From assembly GCA_038826135.1 (NCBI GenBank), contig JAWBON010000017.1, forward strand, positions 1-21,805: a stretch of 21,805 bases of DNA, given 5' to 3'. A program made the translations under genes and the position numbers. The DNA is from Candidatus Odinarchaeota archaeon. Lineage in GTDB: Archaea > Asgardarchaeota > Odinarchaeia > Odinarchaeales > Odinarchaeaceae. The notes beneath the pieces are model-generated. The model made no database searches. It saw only the letters and a list, made by a program, of their open reading frames with translations, and was not told the DNA's origin. Shown here in pieces: positions 16,255-21,805 of the stretch. Position 1 is the stretch's first letter, and each line of letters begins with the position of its first letter.

Positions 16255-17268
16255 ATGAGAGCGCAGCTACTTAGGAAAATATCTAAAGTCGAGGATGATC
16301 CTTTACAGCTTGTAGAGGTACCTACTCCAATCCCTAGAGAAGATGAAATTCTTATAGAAGTCTCCGTGTGCGGGGTCTGCCATACCGAGCTTGATGAAAT
16401 AGAGGGAAGACTTATCCCTAAACTCCCTGTTATCTTAGGCCATCAGATTGTTGGGAGAGTTGTAGAGCGAGGTGCAAAGGCAACCCATTATAGTATAGGT
16501 GATCGCGTCGGGGTGGCTTGGATCTATCATGCTTGCGGGGAATGCTATCATTGTAAAAACGGTTATGAAAATTTATGTGACCGTTTTAAGGGTACAGGAT
16601 GCGATGCAGACGGCGGTTATGCTGAATACATGACTGTTTCAGAAAACTTCGCTTATCCGATCCCCAGCCAGTTAACCGACGGTGAAACCGCGCCTCTTCT
16701 ATGCGCAGGTGCAATCGGATATAGGGCTTTAAAACTCACCGGTATGCAAAACGGAGAAACAATCGGGCTTTACGGCTACGGTGCCTCAGCTCACATTCTT
16801 CATCAGGTAATAAAATGCAAGTTTCCAGACTCTAAAATCTACGTTTTCACAAAAAGAAAAGGTGATGCACCAAGCCGGCTGGCTCAGAAACTGGGTGCAG
16901 ACTGGATTGGAGTTACAGGTGAAACTCCTCCAAATAAACTTAACCGCGCTATAGACACAACTCCGAGTGCAACTGTTATCAAAGAAGCTTTAAGAAATCT
17001 TGAGAAAGGCGGTAGACTGGTAATAAACGTTATCCGGAAAGAAACTTCAATACCTGAAATGGAATACAGTGAATACTTTTGGGGTGAAAAAGAAGTTAAA
17101 ACCGTAGCGAATATTACAAGAAAAGATGTTCAAGAATTTCTACCGATAGCCGCACAGCTGAGGCTGAAATTAAGTATAACCGAGTTCAAGCTGCAAGAGG
17201 CGAATAAAGCCCTATTATTATTAAAACAGGGAAAGTATACGGGTGCAGCGATTCTGAGAATAACTTGA
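16255..17268 (+). CDS. Zinc-dependent alcohol dehydrogenase (MDR family, GHQ subfamily)
   Basis: CGVCHTE, GHQIVG, structural zinc motif CGECYHCKNGYENLC, LLCAGAIG and GLYGYGASAH. GAGGT RBS. Confidence 0.9.
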   Translation: MRAQLLRKISKVEDDPLQLVEVPTPIPREDEILIEVSVCGVCHTELDEIEGRLIPKLPVILGHQIVGRVVERGAKATHYSIGDRVGVAWIYHACGECYHCKNGYENLCDRFKGTGCDADGGYAEYMTVSENFAYPIPSQLTDGETAPLLCAGAIGYRALKLTGMQNGETIGLYGYGASAHILHQVIKCKFPDSKIYVFTKRKGDAPSRLAQKLGADWIGVTGETPPNKLNRAIDTTPSATVIKEALRNLEKGGRLVINVIRKETSIPEMEYSEYFWGEKEVKTVANITRKDVQEFLPIAAQLRLKLSITEFKLQEANKALLLLKQGKYTGAAILRIT

Positions 17269-17399
17269 AAACTAAAGATAAAACTCTTTACTCTTAATAT
17301 TTTGACGTTATAGTAGAAGAACTCTTAAAATCATAAAAATATTCGGGCTGTGCTGCCATCTGGTTTAATTTTCCTTTTTAAGATTATTGAACCCGCTTC

Positions 17400-17792
17400 T
17401 TAGATATTCGTCCATGGGAATCCTCGGCCTGAAACTATTACCTGGCCTGTCAGGGCTCCTAAAGCAGCTATTTGAATTGTGAAATTACCTGTGATTGTTA
17501 TCCAGGGGCTGTTAACTGTTAACGCGCCTGTTGAAAGAGCTGAATAACTCCACACAATATCTCCTGTGGAATTATATAAGCGTAATGTCCATAGAGCTGA
17601 ACTTGATGTGATAGCTATGTTTAATTGAAGCTGTGTTTGAAGTATTTGTAGACTTCCATCATGTGTTTCAATTCCGGCTGCTTCAATATTCACGCTTATA
17701 CGTGATATTTCTCTAGGGTAGCTTATCGCCAGCCAGCCGCCTACTGCTGCGATTACGATAACGATGATGGCGATCGCTGCTTTCTTCCCCAA
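17400..17792 (-). CDS. Hypothetical secreted or membrane-anchored protein
   Basis: MGKK then a hydrophobic helix, followed by a beta-rich ectodomain. AGGTGA RBS before the TTG start. Confidence 0.65.
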   Translation of the reverse strand: MGKKAAIAIIVIVIAAVGGWLAISYPREISRISVNIEAAGIETHDGSLQILQTQLQLNIAITSSSALWTLRLYNSTGDIVWSYSALSTGALTVNSPWITITGNFTIQIAALGALTGQVIVSGRGFPWTNI

Positions 17793-17965
17793 AAAATCAC
17801 CTTTTATTTAATATTTATTACGAAATAATATAAGTGCTTTACTATTAGAAAACTGATTTATTTTGTCGAATTATTGTTTAAGCAGAATCTGCTTTAAAAA
17901 ATTATTTCACCAACTTCACCAGTAACCTTTATAATCTTCTTTTTCACATACTTGGTATATTCGGG

Positions 17966-18568
17966 GTGTTTGATTTGAGTGTTCGAAGTGTAACTGTGTT
18001 AAAATTTTCTTCCATTCTCGGTGTGATTGCTGGGGTTTGGAGTGTTATCTCTATTTTAGTCGCTATTAGTGTGTCTCCATGGTTTAGCTGGATTTCCAAC
18101 GCTCTTAGTGATCTCGGTGTCTCCTCTGCGGCTTTGATTTTTAACCAGGGTTTGATTGTAGGCGGGTGTTTAGCTCTGATATTCGCCTTATCTAATTTTA
18201 AAACTGTTAAAGATAGTTTAGGCGGTCGTGTAGGTAATGTTTTCCTGGTGTTGGCGGCTATCTCTCTGATAGGTATAGGTGTTTTCACAGAGGATTTCAT
18301 CCCACACCATTTTATTTTCTCAGTTTTATTCTTCGTGTTTGTTTTATTCGCTTTTCTCAGCTACGGTGCTGGTTTTCTTTTTGAAATGAAATGTAAACCA
18401 CTCGGCGTTTACTGTATTATTTTCGGTGTAATCGGAATTATCGCCTGGGCTTTACCTGTCTGGGATGGCGTGGCTATACCTGAAGCGATTACAGCTTTTC
18501 CGGCAGCTCTATTTATTGCTATTCTGGGGGTAAGAGCGCTATTATCTTACACGGGTAAGACTGGTTAA
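17966..18568 (+). CDS. DUF998-like membrane protein
   Basis: SPWFSWISNALSDLG, FNQGLIVGG, LIGIGVFTE...HH...FFVF and AIPEA segments; five or six TM helices. The start may be TTG 17975. Confidence 0.75.
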   Translation: MFDLSVRSVTVLKFSSILGVIAGVWSVISILVAISVSPWFSWISNALSDLGVSSAALIFNQGLIVGGCLALIFALSNFKTVKDSLGGRVGNVFLVLAAISLIGIGVFTEDFIPHHFIFSVLFFVFVLFAFLSYGAGFLFEMKCKPLGVYCIIFGVIGIIAWALPVWDGVAIPEAITAFPAALFIAILGVRALLSYTGKTG

Positions 18569-18618
18569 CCTGATTTAATATATTTTTATATACATAGTAT
18601 ATTTTTTTCGACTGAAAT

Positions 18619-18674
18619 CTTATATAATACTTATTTAATATTTTACCTTTAAAATCACCGTAAGGTGGTTTTAA
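18619..18674 (+). promoter_or_regulatory. TATA box and 5'-leader hairpin of the APC permease gene
   Basis: CTTATATA at 18619-18626. An 11-bp stem TTAAAATCACC-GTAA-GGTGGTTTTAA (18649-18674) has one G-U pair and a GNRA loop. Confidence 0.5.
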
Positions 18675-18687
18675 GAAGTGATATTAT

Positions 18688-20376
18688 ATGAGTGAAGAGT
18701 CTAAGACTGTTTTCGTTAGGAAAGCCTCAGGTCTTACAAGAGTTATAAGCAAATGGGATGCATTGGCCTATTCTTTCGTAGCTCCAACCATAGCATATGC
18801 TGCACACTATATTATCTGGTGTCAGACATTCAACCCTGGCGCTGACGTTTACATCGCTTCGCTTTGGATTCTTTCACTGATGCCTATCGCAGGCTTATAC
18901 GTTATGTTCTCAATCAGTATGCCAAGATCCGGCGGCGAATACATTTATGTTAGCAGGATTATCTCGCCTGCTTGGGGATTATTCGCATGCTGGACGCTGA
19001 CGATCGTGGGTTTAAACTGGTCTGGTGTTTTAACAACATGGCTGGTTAACTGGGGTATCGGTGACACGCTTTTAGCTCAGGGCGTTCTAGCCGGTAACAC
19101 TACGCTTAGAGACATAGGCTTATATCTTAATCAATCTAGCACGATTGAGGCTTGGATTATAGGAACCTTAGCCTTGGTAATCTGTTACTTTATCATGGCT
19201 AGGGGAACAAAAACGGTAGTAAGGTTCACATGGATTATATTCGTGTGGAACTTTATCGGTTTAGCTATCTACGGTGTATCCGCTGCTATGGCTGGCGGAG
19301 CAATGTCTGCAACCGTTCAGAATAATATTCTCTTATACACAGGTCACTCCTACACTGATATTATAAACGGTGCTATCGCCGCGGCTACTGGTTTAGGTCA
19401 AACCTTCCCGAACGGTGCCACCTATCTGTTACCAACTCTTATGGCTGGCGCCACGTACCTTAACCTTAGCACACTAGGTTCAACATTCGCTGCTAACATA
19501 GCAGGTGAGATAAAAGAGGTTAAAGCAGCCCAGACACTAGCACAACTTGGTTCACTAGCGTTATTCGTTGTATACTGGGAGATATTCACATTCTTCCAAT
19601 ATGCAGGCTTCGGCTCAGTATGGTATCAAGCTATTGCTATGATGGATCAGGCTAATGCCGGTGGTGTAGTCGGTCCAGGAGTTACAGGTGACTGGCTTGC
19701 CTACTACTTCGGATTCGACACGGCGTATAAGCTGCCTTTAGCAACTTATAACGTGATGTTCACTACGGCAAATCCGATTCTGACAGGACTTAGCACTATA
19801 CACTTCGCTATAATAGACTTCGGTGGTATGCTAACTTTAGCGTTCGGTCCTGTGAGAAACCTGTTCGCATGGTCTTTCGACGGTATTCTGCCGAAGTGGG
19901 TTAACAGAGTGAATAGGCGTGGTTCACCTGTCAACTCAGTTATTCTAGGTGGCTGTATTGCATGGATCATATTTACAATAAACACGTGGACTACATGGCT
20001 TGCTTACATTATTCATACGATAGCTATCTGGATGATTGGCTGGTGTGTCTTCGGCATAGCGGGCATATTCTTCCCATGGAGGAGAAAAGACATCTTCGAT
20101 AAATCGCCGGGTGTGGTTAAGAAGAAGATTGCAGGTATACCCGCGGTTACAATTTTAGGTTTTGTAACACTGGGTGTTGCTGCTTGGGGTGCTTACTCTG
20201 CTCTAGCGCCACCTATAGCCGCTCTTATAGGCGGCGGTGGAGGTATGGAGCAGATAGTTGGCACAGTAGCCTTCTTCGTAATCATACCGTTCATACTCTA
20301 CTACGCAGCCTACTTCATTAACAAGCGTAAAGGCGTACCCATGGACCTAAGGTTTAAGGAGATACCTCCTGACTAA
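18688..20376 (+). CDS. APC-superfamily amino acid permease
   Basis: FVRKASGLTRVIS N-terminus, MPRSGGEYIYVSRII, RNLFAWSFDGILPKW..VN and a C-terminal FKEIPPD; about 12 TM helices. Confidence 0.9.
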   Translation: MSEESKTVFVRKASGLTRVISKWDALAYSFVAPTIAYAAHYIIWCQTFNPGADVYIASLWILSLMPIAGLYVMFSISMPRSGGEYIYVSRIISPAWGLFACWTLTIVGLNWSGVLTTWLVNWGIGDTLLAQGVLAGNTTLRDIGLYLNQSSTIEAWIIGTLALVICYFIMARGTKTVVRFTWIIFVWNFIGLAIYGVSAAMAGGAMSATVQNNILLYTGHSYTDIINGAIAAATGLGQTFPNGATYLLPTLMAGATYLNLSTLGSTFAANIAGEIKEVKAAQTLAQLGSLALFVVYWEIFTFFQYAGFGSVWYQAIAMMDQANAGGVVGPGVTGDWLAYYFGFDTAYKLPLATYNVMFTTANPILTGLSTIHFAIIDFGGMLTLAFGPVRNLFAWSFDGILPKWVNRVNRRGSPVNSVILGGCIAWIIFTINTWTTWLAYIIHTIAIWMIGWCVFGIAGIFFPWRRKDIFDKSPGVVKKKIAGIPAVTILGFVTLGVAAWGAYSALAPPIAALIGGGGGMEQIVGTVAFFVIIPFILYYAAYFINKRKGVPMDLRFKEIPPD

Positions 20377-20378
20377 AC

Positions 20379-20403
20379 CTTTCCCCCTCTTTTTATTTTT
20401 TTA
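20379..20403 (+). terminator. Pyrimidine/oligo-T terminator
   Basis: CTTTCCCCTCTTTTTATTTTTTT-type tract right after the permease stop, between convergent genes. Confidence 0.45.
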
Positions 20404-20432
20404 ACCCGGTATCTTAACTGAAAATATGTCAA

Positions 20433-21122
20433 CTATATTTTTGACAGCAGCTTACAATATTTTTCCATTCTCATAATTCTACCTTCAGGCTGGATAAGCC
20501 ATGTCATCCAGCATAATTCAACAGGCTTATACCCGGTTTGTAAAGCAATAGTTTCCGTTTGCTTTATAAACTCTAAGTCATTTTCCACAGGGTTTAATCC
20601 CGCTTCCTCGAGTATGCTGTTTATAACTCTTTTAACGATTTTATCAGGCATAATCGTGTCCACTCCCCCCATCATTCTAAGATACTGGTATGTTACAAGT
20701 CCGACTCCTTTTATCCCTCCGATAGGGTCTTTCCTCCAATCTTCAAGTCTTGTATTACCCGCCCAGCACCTAAGCGCCTCTCTATCATTATAGCTTAAAC
20801 TTGAAAGATATGCTGCTATGTTTTTAGCTATGCTCCAAGAGCGCTTATTTCTCCAAACGCTTCTTAAAACCTCTGTGTCCGCTGACGGCAGTTTTCTTAA
20901 ACAGTCTATTAGACCTGTTTCTACAAATCTTTTACTAAACAATTCCACTTTAGGTACAACTGATGTGAAATAGTTTAATCCTATTGAAGTAAATGCAGCG
21001 TCCACAACCATTAATACAACGCTTCCGCTCCAGCGTTCTGTTCTCAAACATCTTTCACAATGCTCTTTTAAGCCTTCAACTTTTTGCATATACTTGTCGA
21101 CTATATTTTTTAATAGTTCCAT
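20433..21122 (-). CDS. Conserved hypothetical protein with a helix-hairpin-helix (HhH-GPD-like) motif
   Basis: IGGIKGVGLVTYQYLRMMGGVDTIMPDKIVKRVI resembles HhH plus the downstream Asp of DNA glycosylases. RBS spacing (CAGGT) favours ATG 21122 over TTG 21131. Confidence 0.6.
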   Translation of the reverse strand: MELLKNIVDKYMQKVEGLKEHCERCLRTERWSGSVVLMVVDAAFTSIGLNYFTSVVPKVELFSKRFVETGLIDCLRKLPSADTEVLRSVWRNKRSWSIAKNIAAYLSSLSYNDREALRCWAGNTRLEDWRKDPIGGIKGVGLVTYQYLRMMGGVDTIMPDKIVKRVINSILEEAGLNPVENDLEFIKQTETIALQTGYKPVELCWMTWLIQPEGRIMRMEKYCKLLSKI

Positions 21123-21241
21123 TATATTCAACCTGAAATTATACTGGCTACAAATTTAATCTTCTATAATTTAAAGAAAATATTTCTAATAGTTTTATTT
21201 ACTTTAATTTATTATATTATTTTCAGGCGGGAGGCGGTTTT

Positions 21242-21547
21242 ATGGTCGTGGTTGAAATAAGCATTGTTCCGTTAGGGACTGGGAGCGCTAGTTTAAGTAA
21301 ATATGTAGCTAAGGCTGTTAGTGTTTTAAAATCTTTTAAAGATATTAGGGTTGAAGTGCATTCTATGGGTACTGTTATAGAAGCTGATGAATTAGACACT
21401 GTTTTAGCAGCTGTTAAGCAAGCCCACAATGAAGTTTTTAATATGGGTGTTGCCAGAGTGTTAACTCAGATAAAGATTGATGATCGACGTGATAAACCAG
21501 TCACTATTAAATCCAAGATTGAATCTGTTATGAGAAATCTCGGTTGA
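21242..21547 (+). CDS. MTH1187/YkoF-family thiamine-binding protein
   Basis: VVVEISIVPLGTGSASLSKYV, MGTVIEA and RVLTQIKIDDRRDK...SKIESV. GGAGG RBS. Confidence 0.9.
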   Translation: MVVVEISIVPLGTGSASLSKYVAKAVSVLKSFKDIRVEVHSMGTVIEADELDTVLAAVKQAHNEVFNMGVARVLTQIKIDDRRDKPVTIKSKIESVMRNLG

Positions 21548-21567
21548 CCTTGGAATGGTGGTCTTCT

Positions 21568-21805
21568 TTGAGTCATATCATTAAAGTATACGCTGATGGG
21601 GGTTCAAGGGGTAACCGTGTCGGTCAAGGTAGATGCGCTCTTGGTGTTGTGATCTGTGATTTCAATGATAGGATTCTGTTTGAACTTGGAGAGTATCTTG
21701 GTTTAGGAACTAATAACTGGGCTGAATACAAAGCTCTTATTAAGGGTTTAACTTTAGCCAGAAAATATTCCTCTGATAGGGTTGAATGCTACTCTGACAG
21801 TCAAC
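21568..21805 (+). CDS. rnhA: Ribonuclease HI (3'-truncated by the window edge), absent from the ORF track
   Basis: My translation from TTG 21568 is MSHIIKVYADGGSRGN...GTNNWAEYKALIKGL...YSDSQ, containing the DGGSRGN, TNNxAEY and DSQ catalytic motifs. Confidence 0.9.
   Translation, partial: MSHIIKVYADGGSRGNRVGQGRCALGVVICDFNDRILFELGEYLGLGTNNWAEYKALIKGLTLARKYSSDRVECYSDSQ

Noticed and set aside
14564-17268. Apparent shift to A/C-rich coding strand, suggesting horizontal acquisition
   Set aside because: This is an impression only. Codon-usage or skew statistics are needed, and the skew also varies elsewhere in the window.
17893-18300. Minus-strand ORF 17944-18300 and a short GTG-started 17-codon frame near 17893-17946
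   Set aside because: The first is antisense to the DUF998 gene; the second is too short and lacks an RBS.
19746-21429. Minus-strand ORFs 19746-19985 and 21223-21429
   Set aside because: Antisense to the permease and the MTH1187 gene.
21545-21567. Selenocysteine readthrough of the MTH1187 TGA stop
   Set aside because: The protein is already full length for its family, a second stop follows within eight codons, and no SECIS-like element is evident.

Overview
AT-rich archaeal window. TATA/BRE promoters, GGAGG/GGTGA-type RBSs, a Tes-family radical SAM gene and two longin-like ORFs point to an archaeon, probably Asgard (inference, not searched). The most striking region is 1912-11368, two convergent operons that look like a remodelled Pel-type exopolysaccharide system. 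The + arm carries a PelF-like GT4 and a catalytically degenerate tyrosine recombinase with a double zinc ribbon, behind a perfect 10-3-10 palindrome. The - arm carries a UDP-hexose/HexNAc 4-epimerase, two longin-like proteins, a KaiC-like ATPase and a 1298-aa polysaccharide deacetylase fused to a PelG-like exporter. No PelD/PelE c-di-GMP module is present in the window. Next come a 34-aa rubredoxin-like ORF missing from the ORF track, a SufR/ArsR-like regulator, class II ribonucleotide reductase and cob(I)alamin adenosyltransferase. The rest is metabolic and transport genes, ending in a truncated RNase HI. I saw no rRNA, tRNA, CRISPR array or intact mobile element. All family assignments come from motif recognition by eye; no searches were run.
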